Counted from the first letter of the whole stretch, positions 27,090 to 40,928 are shown. The stretch is DNA of 63,041 bases, filler included, from Octopus bimaculoides (GCF_001194135.2; 4 parts of 4 records of this genome joined end to end with filler, not necessarily neighbours in it); one strand, 5' to 3'. The notes: a model not told the origin generated them from the letters alone. Program-made: numbers and translations.

Positions 27090-29032
27090 CCTTGGGTTGA
27101 AAAGTTGGGTCGCTGAGAAACCTTATTAATAGCTATTGACACACGCCAGCACGCTTGCAGTGTTGCTGCAGGTGATGGCGCTGGAACAGTCAAGCGCCCC
27201 CACGAGCCTCACCAGTTACCGCTGCAAGGCGAGTTGCCAGTGAAGACAGGAATCTCGCAGTTAATGGTCCGGCCCCACCAAACGTCTTGAATGNNNNNNN
27301 NNNNNNNNNNNNNNNNNNNNNNNNNNNNNNNNNNNNNNNNNNNNNNNNNNNNNNNNNNNNNNNNNNNNNNNNNNNNNNNNNNNNNNNNNNNNNNNNNNNN
27401 NNNNNNNNNNNNNNNNNNNNNNNNNNNNNNNNNNNNNNNNNNNNNNNNNNNNNNNNNNNNNNNNNNNNNNNNNNNNNNNNNNNNNNNNNNNNNNNNNNNN
27501 NNNNNNNNNNNNNNNNNNNNNNNNNNNNNNNNNNNNNNNNNNNNNNNNNNNNNNNNNNNNNNNNNNNNNNNNNNNNNNNNNNNNNNNNNCAAGAAAGGCC
27601 GTGAGCGTCTGTGGAGTCGAGGAGTCTGCCACAACGTCAGATCAAACCCGTGCGTATGTCAGCTCCCACTCTGAGGGCAACAGAGACTCGAAGTTCGTCC
27701 AAGCTGAGTAAGCAACCAACATTAGCCACAGGAATGGCCTCAATCCAGTCACCTGAGTATTTGGCGCTAGCAGACAGTAAGCGGCACCTTGAAAACTGGT
27801 CCGACTGGATGCATAGAGAGTCGAAAGTGGCCTTTGAAATTATGTTGTCCCAAGCTCTCTGACTCCGATAGTCCTCCACCTTCTCAGGAGCAGACAAGCC
27901 CAATTCCCTCCAGTGTTGGAAAGCTTCATCCAACTCCCTGTTGGAACTGGTCCATGTTGGAGAGGAAGGATGTTACTCACCAGGGCGGAGCAGGCGTGGG
28001 TAGAGGAAAGGAAGTAGGGGAGAGAAAGAGGAACGAACACTTACGAAGACCAAGACCTCCAGATCGCTTGGGCAATGCAACCTGATCGTGGGACGTTGGA
28101 GAGAGTCTGACATTGACTAAGCATTCGAGTCTCTCAAAGATTAGGTTGTCGAAGCGTTGGAGGCACGATGGGAATCGGTAAGATGAGCTGACTAAGTAAA
28201 TATAGAAGCTTAAGGATCGAGAGATAATTCTTAAGTATGAAGAAACCTTGATGGGGTTCGATAGCTTCAATATTTTTCAGAATTGCTCAAGGGCAGCCAC
28301 CTCCGACTGGTAGATGGACTCAAAGGCAAGGTCAGTGGTTGGGGCACCTAGAGAGCACCAAGCCAATGGGGGAGGGACTGCAATGGAAGGGAAGTACTCT
28401 GCAAAAAGGTCAATAGTTGGTTGATGTTGAGGATCCAAAGCTCACATTTGGAGCTGTTTACTTGGAGACCCCGGCGACAAAGCTTCCCAACCATCATGCT
28501 TGCAATGGCGAGAACCCTGTCCGAAGGTTCCCCCCCCCCAAACAAGCATCGTCGAGATACTAGACGTTGAGGTCTAGCTTGACGCCCATCTTGATGATGT
28601 GATCAATGCCCAGTGCGAACAGAGCGAGCCCTAGTGCGTCACCCTGTTGGACTCCTGAGGCGGAGGTGATGATTTAGTCAACGAAATAGAGGTAGGAGGT
28701 CTCCCGATAAACCTGCTATGCAAGGCGGTAGAGTTGTGGGATCTTCTCTCTTACTGAGCTGAGGACAGCAACGCGGATGGTGGAGTTGAAGGCATTCTTA
28801 AGGTCAAGTTTGAGGATGACCTTGGGTGACAAGGAGGGAAAGTTGGCATAGGCTCTGATAGCGTTGGCGGCAGCTTCACATCCTAGTTTGGTACCCACTC
28901 CTAGCTGGGTGGGGGAAAATTCCTTTTCCAATAAGCTAGAGACCGATTGTAAGCCCACCTTTGTAGTGAGACGGCGAAGGATGTAGCCGACCGCAATGGG
29001 GCGCAGGTCTCTATTGGGTTTGGTGAGCCCCA
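27090..29032 (-). mobile_element. CRE-clade non-LTR retrotransposon, 5'-truncated
   Basis: DLRPIAVGYILRRL, TQLGVGTKLGCEAA, ILKLDLKNAFNS, SGVQQGDALG, NV.YLDD, GGLGL, WIEAIPVANVG, FKTFGGAG. Spans an N gap. Confidence 0.92.
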
Positions 29033-29335
29033 GCTACAGGTTAATTCAGAAGCAGTTGATTGAGCAACTGATTCCTCATCGTCAAAAGACGGAAATCTAC
29101 CACTACGTTCGTTCGCTAATTACGTTCTGATTTGAGAGAAAAAAATGCTGTAGTATTCATATCTACACCACGAGTATCGGGTGTGACGATTTGAGATACC
29201 TCGCCACTTCACCTTAATTCCCGTTAACTTAGAATTGATTTTAGATCTCAGTAATAGTGGTTAGAAATGGTGGTGGTAATGGTACTGTTGCTTGTAGTAG
29301 TATTATTAGTAACAACAGCTGTAGTCGAGCAAAGG

Positions 29336-30041
29336 TATAGGGCTTTCCTATAAGTAGGTTGTCTCCCTTGGCTAGGCGGCGCTCCATGTAGATAATTAAA
29401 CTTCCGGAGGCTAACCCACGCCATTGTTATTGTTTTACGTCTTATCATGGATATAAAGCAGCTTGATGATTCAGCTATCGAAGTACTTACTGTGCCTGAG
29501 TTAAAGAAATATTTAAGATTATATGGACAGTATGTTACTGGAAGAAAGGCGGACTTGATTGAAAGGTATAAAAATTCTGTCGATATGTCAACAAAGTAAA
29601 TTCATCGGACGATAAGTCTGAAGTATCGGACGATACTTCAGACAGGAATAAGCAGAAGCTTATATCTCCTCTCGGTGAAGTATTGCCTGATCTAAAGATC
29701 TTTGTAAGATAATGACATAATTACCTCGTGCTACGGATGAAAGCAAAGCAACAGTTAAAGAGTGGCATATTTTACCACGACAGACACGTACACAGCATCG
29801 AATACCACGATGTGAGTGAAAGCTGCTCTCACTGTATTGTTCGGTGTCTGGTAATCCCTTCGATACCGACATCAAACCAAAAAAGAATCCTGACCACAGA
29901 GTGTGGGTAATTATGTCAAATGTCACTGGCAATGTGCATTCAGCTAATTGCAACTGTTAAAGCAAGTCACTGAGCATGCGTACATGTCATACGGGAGAGT
30001 TCCAATCAGGGGTGGATAACACCTTATAGGAAAGCCCTATA
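29336..30041 (+). mobile_element. 706-bp TIR element carrying a SAP + SWIM-like ORF remnant (29447-29960)
   Basis: Perfect 19-bp inverted repeats tatagggctttcctataag (29336-29354) and cttataggaaagccctata (30023-30041). LTVPELKKYLRLYGQYVTGRKADLIER is a SAP domain; ...VWVIMSNVTGNVHSANCNC is the start of a SWIM finger. Confidence 0.7.
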
Positions 30042-31180
30042 TGAAAGCAGGTTCAGGTTAACTAGGAGGTCGGCTAATATGAAATCGATTTTAGATTAGA
30101 GGTAGATAACTTGAAATCTTTATATCGAGTCAAACTGGTTCCGGTTGACAGTACTTGATCTGGCTCCCTGTACAGAGTTACAGGACTTCCGTAAGAACCA
30201 TCGAAATATCAGGCGAGGAATATTTGTGTATCACTGACAGTTCCTGGTCTTGGTTTTTCGAAGCAGGCTCACTGGTCATAGAGCAATCTTCCACCTCTCT
30301 CTTGATGTCTATAAACTGTTTTGCGATGCAGGAGTTGAGTAATAGACAATACGGTGTTGCATTGCCAAAAGATCTCATCGCATGCTCGTTATCGAACTGA
30401 AAGACTACGGGTAGATGACGACTTTCGGGCATTGGTTGGCAATCACGCATAGATGGTGTCTCAAACAAAACTAAAAAAAAAATTACTGGTTAGTGGTGAA
30501 TTTTATGTCAAACGCGTAACGCAGGGAAACGCACAGTTGATTCAATTCTTCTTTTCTTTCAAAAGACTTATTCGTCGTTCGACGAGGAGGATTCATTTGT
30601 TTGATCAAATGAATTACCAGTTCCTGAATGAACGTGTAAGTGGTTCGTGAAAGTAGTTGACTATTCCAACTGCTTAGCTTCGCGAACACGCAGTGAGTAT
30701 TTTGGGTCGTCTTAACAATTTTAAGAGAGAAATACCAATTTCTTTATTACCCACAAGGGGCTAAACACAGATGGGACAATACACACATGCGGGGACAATT
30801 AACACATGATAGAATGGAACAATGAAATTAAACAATGATGATGGAACAGCCACCCCAGCCCCACCCCGGGGCGGCCGCGTTATTTCAATTATTTCAACAG
30901 TTCTTAATAGTTCCTTTCACAGTCTTCGATAATTCTTTTCAAAATTATCTCAATAATTTATCCAAAATAAAACTACTCACCATTTTATATAATCTTTTAT
31001 TTCCTCGTAGTTCACCACTGGAGCGCTTGGTTCGAAATTCACCTCGGGCCCCAGTGGGTTTATATCTGTCGGGAAAGCCTNNNNNNNNNNNNNNNNNNNN
31101 NNNNNNNNNNNNNNNNNNNNNNNNTTAATTAATTAANNNNNNNNNNNNNNNNNNNNNNNNNNNNNNNNNNNNNNNNNNNN

Positions 31181-31213
<33 letters not shown>

Positions 31214-31584
31214 TGTATGCGTGTGACTTTGTATGTATATATTAAGCACATAATTGTATTTTGATAAACCCGATTATTTTCGTTTCGTTGACGTTAACCA
31301 AGCATAGTCATCGGTGTTTGATAACCATGTATGTATGTACGTATGTACGTATGTACGTATGTATGCGTGTGTATATGTGTGTGTGGAGGGGGCGGCGTGT
31401 CTGTGTTTAGAAACCAGAAACAGCGTGACTATATGCGTGAGAATATAGTGAGCAATTTACTCTGTTATGCATGACGCTGCTGTTGTTGTTGCTGCTGCTA
31501 CTAATACGAAAACATCGAAATGGTGAGTGTGTATGGGCGCGGTTTACTCTACCAATGTCAACACACGCACACACATACACACAT

Positions 31585-31640
<56 letters not shown>

Positions 31641-31811
31641 CTGTTGCTATTGCGCGCAGAAACAATTGTTGTGATTTGTGATTAAAACCTGTTCATTCCA
31701 TCTTGTTTCGTAGATTTTTGTATAGTATGTGTAAGTATATATATATATATACACAGGTGTGTATATATATATTTACACATGCATGTATTTATAGAAATAC
31801 GCACACAAATA

Positions 31812-31844
<33 letters not shown>

Positions 31845-32338
31845 GTAATGAAGGACTCCCTGTTTAACTGTTAAAGGTCTTAGGTTAGTGTTCATTAACT
31901 TCCCTGGGCCAACACTAATCCAAGCAGACGGATGATTCAATACGTCCCAGCCATGACTCCCCAAGCATATACTATATCTAGCATCATCATAATTTAATAT
32001 ACTGCCCCTGTAAGGTAGCTCGTGTGTGGCTATATGTAAAACTTGCTGTTATTTCTAGTATTTTGATCGACTACTTGGAGCGTACACCATTGGTTTGCGC
32101 TTCAATGTATCTATATCTAGTCTGTTGCAGTAGAACAAGGAATTTCTCAGAATTTGTCAATAATCTAACCTAGACAGACATCAAACCTTGTATTTTTTTT
32201 TTAAATCTCTCTCTGGTGCACATGTCCGCTCGATATTTCTCTTCTTCTTTCTCTAATCCATCTTTTTTTCTTTTTCCCTCCCTTTCTTGCTCTCCTTCAA
32301 ACTGTCTATATCTCCATGTGGGCGAGTCTATTTATATT

Positions 32339-32405
<67 letters not shown>

Positions 32406-32609
32406 CGCTCTCCCTTTAAATATATATATATATATATAGGATAGATAGATATAGATATTGAATCTTCTTGAATCATTACTCTGGTTTATGATTCGTGGCT
32501 CCGAGTATTCAAACGGTCCATTTGAACAATTAGAAACGGGGAAATCAATGTTAACATTCCAGAACGCGCGCGTATGTATGTATGTATGTATGTATGTATG
32601 TGTATGTGG

Positions 32610-32643
<34 letters not shown>

Positions 32644-32647
<4 letters not shown>

Positions 32648-32782
32648 TCTTTATTGCCCACAAGGGGCTAAACACAGAGGGGACAAACAAGGACAGACAG
32701 AGGGATTAAGTCGATTACATCGACCCCAGTGCGTAACTGGTACTTAATTTATCGACCCCGAAAGGATGAAAGGCAAAGTCGA
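32644..32782 (-). mobile_element. SINE family A, 3' half, alternative tail
   Basis: tttattgcccacaaggggctaaac...gaaaggatgaaaggcaaagtcgac. A tail-only copy also lies at ~30735-30780. Confidence 0.85.
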
Positions 32783-32868
32783 CATTTGCATATGTATGCA
32801 CACACACATGCACATACATATACGTACACACACACACACATATATATATGCACACACCCCGCACACAC

Positions 32869-32902
<34 letters not shown>

Positions 32903-35304
32903 TCACGTGTCTTATTTTGCCTTACTTTGCTTCTCTTCGCCATCAGCCGTCTCTCTGAAACATCTCATTATGCTCCCTCTACACCATCACCTCTCTTACT
33001 TCATCTCCTCCTCCTCCTCTCTTAATGTTTGCTTCCCACGCGCAACATAAACGATTTCCATTGGCAAATGCCGGAGAGAAGATGGAGAGATAAGACAGAG
33101 CAGAAACAAAGGTAAACAAGCTCCCGGCAAGCTGAGTTAAATAACGGCGTCGGTGTGGTTCCCGTTTCGATTCCTGTTGGCAAGCAATCAAGCCTCTTTC
33201 TCTCGCTCTCTCCATTTCTACCGTTAAAGCATTTTAAGGAGAGGCGAAGGCTTCTAGTTAAAATGAATGTTCACTACAACTTCAAATTTCCAGCCCCGTT
33301 TAAACGAGAGAAAGCTTTGTTTTTCTTTTTACTATAGCAAAATTGAGAAATACATAAACACCACATAATTTCATATCAATAAATGGTTTTGTGGTTACTT
33401 TTATATATGATTATGCAGCCTAAAACCAGGGCTATGTATCTCTGGCTGGAGATGCGTGGTACTGGTGCTAAGAGATTAAATAAAAAGAAGGAAAAGGGTA
33501 CGAATTTAGCATATATTACGCAAACTCCAGCGAAAAATGCAAAAGTGGCCGGTCAAGAATTACCTGCTTTAGAGTTCTACAGGCCGATACCAAGGGGACA
33601 GAGTACACCTGGAGTGAACAAGAGGGCATTGTTCAGGACCTGAAAACACAGAATCAATATCCGTGGCGCTGTTTTAGTATTTTCGATAAGGTCTTTAAAT
33701 GTGGTCTCTAATAGACAACATCCATAAATCCCTTATTGTAACTCTCTATTTTAGGGAACCACTTTTGTTTAGTATATCGGAAAACACACAGTTGGCATTG
33801 AAGCCGTCGATTTTGGTGACCTCACAGATTTTCACTCTGTCGCTAAATTCTTTGATATTTCGCCATCTCTGTTTAAGTCTTGGTCTTAAATGTAACACTC
33901 TCAAATATGGCAAATCAATTCCCTCGTTCTCATGACTACTTTTCGTACATTGCGACTATATCGCGTCTCTCTTCTGTTGTCTATCTTGCAGTCCCGTGTC
34001 TTGAATATAAATGGAAGGAAAATCATTACAAGATACTGCCACATTTCCTTACTGCAATATCCAAATTCTTCGTGATTTCCTAGAAAAATCCCATGAAAGG
34101 TTTCTAAAGCCCTTTATTTCGAGCAATAAGCTAGTTGCCAGTCATAGCTTTTAACTCCCTACTCTCACAAACATGTTCTGTTTGAAATAGAAGAGTTTAT
34201 GGTAGGATGGTCAGATAGCAAGAATACTTTTGATTGTAGATCTATTTATCAAACAAGGTTGACTCAGAAGGACGATGGAGTGGGGTTGGGTGAAATTGCA
34301 GGATCGGTGGAGCACCGAATAAAACGACTTCTGTGCTTAGTTGTATCACCTGCCTTTTATGTACTTGTACGAAATCGCGTCGAATTCGAAATTTGCCTTT
34401 CATCCTTGCCGGATGGATAAAGTTAATTACCTGTCACTCTATCTATCTAGATAGATAGATTACCTGTTGCTGTTGTTTAATTCTAGGTCGGCCTTGCTCG
34501 ATCAAAGACGTTTCATCCGTGACTATCTCATCTTACGTTTTATAGAATTACATTATCCATTGTGTCTCTGCATACATGTGTATGTATGTATGTATGTATG
34601 CATGCACGTATGTATGTATGTATGTATGTATGTATGTATGTATGTATGTATGTAGGTAGGTAGGTAGATAGGTAGGTTGGTAGGTAGGTAGGTGTGCCTG
34701 TACGCATGTAGGTTCGAGGACTCAGGAGTGAAATTTTACTAAGTGAAACGATATCGTTTTCGGGTCCCATTCTGCCTTTCACTTTCCCGCGTCCCACCTG
34801 ACTGGAAGTGACGATAGTGAATCTAATAAATTCGTTGTAAACAAATTTATGTCACACAACCAACGTATAGAACGTAAGTATATTGTATATAATATGAAAA
34901 CCATACATATATATTTTATATAAGATGAAAGCAATCACTTTTACAGGAAAACATAACAGTTACGGATTCTCGAAATGAGATCCACAAATAGCTTTTAACG
35001 ATTTCTTGAGCTGTTTCGAGAATTGCTCTCATAAAGATATGATTTATAAAAAGCAAACCTCCGAATTGCTTTCTCAGTGGACGTTGAAACAGCGCACCTC
35101 ATCTGCTATTTCTGAAATATTTAGGATATCACTAGAAGGTACTATACAATAACGAGGGAGTTCTCTTAATAAAATTAAAGGATTATATCAGTTCTTATTA
35201 TGAACTTATGGACTGTCGCTGTCGATTCCTTTCGGTCAATTTATTTTCATTTTTTATTATAAGCCTTCACAATTGCATGTTAACCAATCGAACAATTAGA
35301 CCGT

Positions 35305-35380
35305 GCATGGGCAACCGTTTTCGAGACGCGGGCCGCATGAGACATGGTTCATCATCAGGCGGGCCGCACTACTAAAAGAA
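35305..35380. mobile_element. Possible hAT-type terminal fragment
   Basis: gggcaacc...gcgggccgcatg...gcgggccgcac resembles hAT subterminal motifs. Short. Confidence 0.25.
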
Positions 35381-36104
35381 ATTTTAAAGTAAGCTTTCGT
35401 TAGGCGTGTCAGTCAGAAAATTCCTCGCGCCACAGTTGGCCTGTGACTGGACTAAAGGCTCATGAACCGAAACCGACGAATTTCTCATATAACCGTCACA
35501 CCCTATATAACTTACGCAACACAACACAACACAAATATACGTCCTCTCATTCATAGACACACACGCACGCATTCTGTCTCCCCACCTCTCTCTCCCTCTA
35601 TCACTATCCCTACCTCTGTCTGTCTATCTCTTTCTCTAAAAAAAAGTTGAGGCCCCCCCCCCATTAAGAAACGATTTAAGGGAAAAAAATGAAGTCGTTA
35701 ACCGCTATTTTATTTACTTCTTAACGTTTCAAAGCAAAATAGAAATGACAAAAGGCATTATTGTCAAGCGCTCTACCCATTCTGTCAATTCAGGTACATG
35801 ATCATCGTCCCTGCCACCATCACCACAACCGCTATCACCATCNNNNNNNNNNCCGGATGCCCTTCACGTCGCCAACTGTTTTTCTATTTTTTCTTTTTTT
35901 TGTTTTAACAAGCAAGGTAATAGTTCCCCGTAACCGAACATGTTGTTTCCACGGAAGACTGGAAACTAACGACACCGCTTATACGACGGTGACAGTTGTT
36001 CACAAATATCTTGCGTCGTCAAGGCAAAAAGAGATAAACGCGTGCACACCCACATATACGTGTGTGTGTGTGTGTTTGTGCGTGCGTGCGTGTATGTGTG
36101 TGTA

Positions 36105-36205
36105 TCAGGCCTCTTTCAGTTACTGTCTACCAAATCCACTCACAAGGCTTTGCTCGGCCTCGCCCTAAATGCTGCGCAGTGTGACTGAACCCGAAACCAC
36201 ATGCG
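36105..36205 (-). mobile_element. SINE family B with deletion
   Basis: ctaccaaatccactcacaaggctttg...gactgaacccgaaacc. Confidence 0.7.
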
Positions 36206-36647
36206 TCTGTATGCAACTATCGATTAAATATACCCCTAATATTTGACTGGTATTTTTTTCGAGCCGACGGAGTAGGGAGGGAGGTCCACAACGTGGTCGC
36301 CCGGGCTGCTAGAAATAGCAGGTCCGGTGACAACTCACCCTCTGGTAGTTCGCAAAGGTAGTACTAGGCGTTCTAACGCTAATATTGATGTGACTGCAGC
36401 ATATTCCGATCAATATGTTGCTTTCACCTTTTGCCAGAGCCTCATGACAGGGCGGAGAGAGTTAGGCCTTGCTACGCTAAGCTAACCAATATTGCGCATG
36501 AGCAGTCGTTGAAGTCACCACTAGTACTTAACTGCTAGTTTATGTTATTGTGCTCGGAAACAGGAGAAGGGCAGATTTCTCGTCGGCACAGAACTGGGAC
36601 TGAGAATATAAAGACTATAAAGACTACACTGTAATATGTATACAAGT

Positions 36648-36699
<52 letters not shown>

Positions 36700-36852
36700 T
36701 GTAGGCGTATGATTTAATTGTTATATCTAGCAGGTCGAGCAATCACCTACAGTCTTCCTTTACGCTTCATAAAGTTTGTTGTTGTTGTAACTGTCGTCTA
36801 AACCTCAGTTCAGTCTCAGACATGCCCGAGAGGACCCATTGACGTCGTGGTA

Positions 36853-36985
36853 TTTTATTTTATCGACCCGGAAGAATGAAGGTCAAAGTTGACCTTGGCA
36901 CAATTGGGATTACGAATGCAAAGAACCACGACAAATACCGGAGAGCAATTTGTCCGCTGTAACGCTTCTGCCAATTTCTCAAAGG
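36853..36985 (-). mobile_element. SINE family A, diverged
   Basis: tttatcgacccggaagaatgaagg...aacgcttctgcca. Confidence 0.6.
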
Positions 36986-38029
36986 ATTGATTTGTTTATG
37001 TTAGGATTTCAGTCGATTACCTAGTATTTCGAATCTTCTATCTTGTGGTTTCACTTCGGTTTCAGTCTTGAAATACAGATTGAAGAATGGTGGGAGAAGA
37101 TTCAACTGGTCAGTGGATGCAGTATTATCCTACAAATGTAGCAGGGTTTCCCTCAATTGCTCCTCCGAGGATTTGTGTTCACCTTTGGTGAGATATAGCT
37201 ACGTTAGTTTTCTCCTTGCCGCTCGATTAAATTCCTCGAGCAAAGACACAAGAGATATTACTCACACAGCGCCACTGTAGTCCCCTCTAATCCGAGGCCC
37301 TATTCATATTTAAATACCACCTGTTTAAACCAATATAAACACAAGTATTTTTTCCGCAAAATATTAAAAAATATGTGTCCTATATAGTACTTTTATAAAC
37401 AGGGCTAATTTAGATGTTTTTCCAGAGATTGAAAAAACAAAAAATTATGGACAACCTTAATCGATTTTCGAATCTTATTGGATTCTCGTCAGAGGCATCC
37501 ACATCAATTTGACCAATCCCAAAGATACAAGCAGCCAATTTCTTTATATATTCAACAATTTCAATGTACGTGTAGGAGTGCTGTTGTTATCTCTATTTAT
37601 CAGTAAGCGAGGCATCGGAGTCATCTTTGGTGTTTGAAATGTAATTTTTTTTTTATCCTTTTCAAAATGTCTATATGCTGGTGCGAATTTTTTGTGTTCA
37701 TGTCATTTTTTTCTTCCTTGTTTGCTTGTAGAAACATCTTGACTTTTCTTTGAGTAGCGTAACTCAACTTCTTGTTAAGCTACGACAGAAATTCAAAATG
37801 TCAGAAAAGTAAAATATAAAATATTTCAAGACATGACTTTTTTATTTTTTATTTTTGTCTACTCTCAGGTATTGTGGGGAGGTGGGGGATTCAAATGTCT
37901 TCGGATAACCATTCCCTTCTAGCAAACGCTCCACATAAAAACAAAATTCATTTTAGTGGTGTTCGAACTAAAGTCCTTAGCGGAGCTAACACAAACACAT
38001 CTTCATGCTACAGCAATCAACAATATGCC

Positions 38030-38135
38030 TTTCTACTATAAGCACAAGGCCTGAAATTTCGGGGTGCAGTGGGGTGTGGATAGTCAATTACATCGACTCC
38101 AGTACTTGACGGGTACTTATTTAATCGACCCCGAT
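38030..38135 (-). mobile_element. SINE family A, 3' fragment
   Basis: gcacaaggcctgaaatttcgg...attacatcgactccagtact. Confidence 0.7.
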
Positions 38136-38377
38136 TAAATGGAGCTGATCTTCATTACTATCCACTAATTATGACACATCCTCTACAGGTGGGCGTAATT
38201 TTAATAAATCAAGTATTTATGTTGTATGGTATTCGACATACCTGTATCTGTCTATGTGTGGGTATAATGCGCGCACGCATACACATGCATGCGCATGCGC
38301 ACTCACGATTGTTCCAGCACCACCTCAAATTTCAGATTTGTGACTGTTAGAAACGATCATAATTATTATTGACTATG

Positions 38378-38612
38378 GCGAAGGTGTTCAGCTAGCGGGG
38401 TCGTTACAACGTCAGATCAAACGCTTCGCGGTATTTGTTCCGGGCTCTTTACTTTCTGAGGTCAACTTCGTATATCGACCTCAAAGCCACCCGCCCACCC
38501 TATGCCCCCGGCTCGATGTTACGTCGTAGCAGTCGGGTACCAGGGTTCAGGGTATCGACTACACACTCCCTTCCTTCAAAACTGCGAGCCTTGTGCCAAA
38601 ATTGAAACGACT
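38378..38612 (+). mobile_element. SINE family A, diverged
   Basis: Head-like start and tail gccttgtgccaaaattgaaac. Confidence 0.5.
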
Positions 38613-39099
38613 TTTATTCCTATTAATTGTCGTAATGCGAGGACGTTATGTATATATATATATATATATATATATGACTGGAAGAAAAAAACAAGTAAAA
38701 AGATAAAATGATAAATATGCTTTGGACAGTGAAAGGTTTAAAGGAAGAAAAAGTTACGATGTCCGTCGTTGTCATTTTGGTCGACATCGTGAGGCCAATG
38801 GCCAGTTGACTAGTTCTCATACTTTATGTTGATAATAGTTCCTGGGAAAGGAATCATTTCACCATATTCTCCCTTGGTGATGTTAAGCAAAGCTGTATAT
38901 AACAATACGTAAAGAAGAAGAAAGGGAAAAATGGCGGACATCGTTAAGCAACAAGATGAGTAGAGTGGAGTTCTTTTCCCTTCTGTTTGCTTCATCGCTT
39001 ATACCCCTGAGAACAACGTCCACACATTACACACACACACACACATACATACAAACACACACATACATACGTACATACATACAGACAGCTGTCAGCTGT

Positions 39100-39216
39100 T
39101 CAAGTGTGATTCTTTGTGTTACTTCTGCTTTCCAATAGTTTCTCTCGTTGTTTGCGTATAGGACTCATTTGTTTTCGTATTTCATGTTGTTTACTGTCGG
39201 TGACGTCCTGTACCCA
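39100..39216. repeat. Repeat family E, copy 3
   Basis: ttctctcgttgtttgcgtat...ggtgacgtcctgtacccatg followed by (TA)n. Confidence 0.6.
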
Positions 39217-39223
39217 TGTGTGC

Positions 39224-39261
<38 letters not shown>

Positions 39262-40210
39262 AGTGAATAAAAGGAGTCCTCTATTTTTCCATTCGTCACC
39301 ATTTCTCCTTTTTGAGTTCGCACGGTCGTCCTTACATATATATATATATACAATTGTTAGAGGACAACAAACGTTAAGGCAAGACAAACATCTCAAGTCA
39401 TACGTTGTTATTATTTGTCTATATATACATATATACATATACATATTATTAGTATATACATATAGATATATATACATACATACACATAAATACACACACA
39501 AACGTATATTCGTATTATACGCACATCTTTAGATGTGTACTCACATTTTATATGTGAATATACGATCTTTTGTATGCATGTGTATGTGAGTGCGTGCGTG
39601 CACTTGTGTGTACGTATGTACGTATGCTGTATGTGTATGCATGCATCTATGTAGGTATGTGTGAATCATTTAAAAACTCAAGTACAGAACCGCCTCCCAT
39701 TACTTGCCTCAATGCATCACTGATTGACTGCCTGAACTTCTGGTTGACATTAAAATATCCAATATGGCTACTGCTAATGTTTACGGATATGTGTTTACGT
39801 AAAGGGTACAAAACACACGCGCACACACGTACACACACACACACACACACACATACATACAGATACCAAACATCTGTACGTCTGTTTTCTTTTTCATATT
39901 TTTACTATTTGAATTCTTCCTACAAGGACGGAGCTGATTTCTTACTTGGAAACAGTAGTTCCATCCCTGTATATAAGTCCGCGTGTCTATTTGTGTGTAT
40001 GTGTGTGTGTGTGCGTGTGTGTGTGTGTATGTGTGTGTGTGTGTGTGTGTTTCTATCCCTTGAATTTGGATAACTACAACAGTACGTGTTGTTATTTAAG
40101 TGTTGAACTTTTGAAAAGCCTCGTATAGTATTACTGTTCCACTTAGAAAAATGTATGAGTTAATTAATGTTCTTGCCGTAAGGCTTCACTTCCGCACACA
40201 CCAGTTTAAT

Positions 40211-40533
40211 TTAATCTGTCCTTAGTTGAAAGACACCTGTTGTTAATGTCCTGTTGTTTGCATTTGTATTTGTGTACCATTTCTCCCTTTTTGTCGTCCT
40301 TGTTTTCGTATACATTCGCTTACGTTCTTCTACAGAATCTAGTGCTCTTAGCTTAGAATTTCTTGGGGCCAACCAGATTGAAACAGTCTCGAGTGTAACC
40401 GGCCGAAACTGCAACGTCGATCTGGAACTCGACTGACGATAGGAAGCTCCGAATGACCCGTCCTTGTTTTTTTCCTGTCTTCTTTTGTATCGTCTGACGG
40501 TCCGGATGTTTTGTTGTCGCCTTTTGCGTTCTT
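40211..40533 (+). repeat. Repeat family F (Penelope-type terminal repeat), truncated by gap
   Basis: ccgaaactgcaacg...ctggaactcgactga...ctccgaatgacc.gtccttg is the inverted homologue of 42500-42635. Confidence 0.65.
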
Positions 40534-40659
40534 NNNNNNNNNNNNNNNNNNNNNNNNNNNNNNNNNNNNNNNNNNNNNNNNNNNNNNNNNNNNNNNNNNN
40601 NNNNNNNNNNNNNNNNNNNNNNNNNNNNNNNNNNNNNNNNNNNNNNNNNNNNNNNNNNN

Positions 40660-40699
<40 letters not shown>

Positions 40700-40715
40700 T
40701 AAGAACTGTAAGGTA

Positions 40716-40928
40716 ACGAGCTGGCAGAATCGTTAGCAAGCCGGGAAAAATGCTTAGCAGTATTTCGTCTGCCTTCACGTTCTGAGTTCAAATTCTGCCG
40801 AGGTCGACTTTGCCGTTCATCCTACCAGAATCGATCAAATAAGTACCAGTTGAATACTGAAGTCGATACATTCAATTTACCGACTCCTTCGAAACTGCAG
40901 GCTTTGTGCCAAAATTTGAAATCAATAT
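40716..40928 (+). mobile_element. SINE family A, full length
   Basis: A box TGGCAGAATCG, B box GAGTTCAAATTC, tail gctttgtgccaaaatttgaaatcaata. Confidence 0.88.

Noticed and set aside
30150-30700. Minus-strand ORFs beside the SAP-SWIM element as a THAP or transposase partner
   Set aside because: No recognisable THAP or DDE motif, and they lie outside the inverted repeats.
38931-38959. AAAATGGCGG / MADIVKQQD as a first exon
   Set aside because: Weak donor, and splicing to the RFX acceptor gives an immediate stop.
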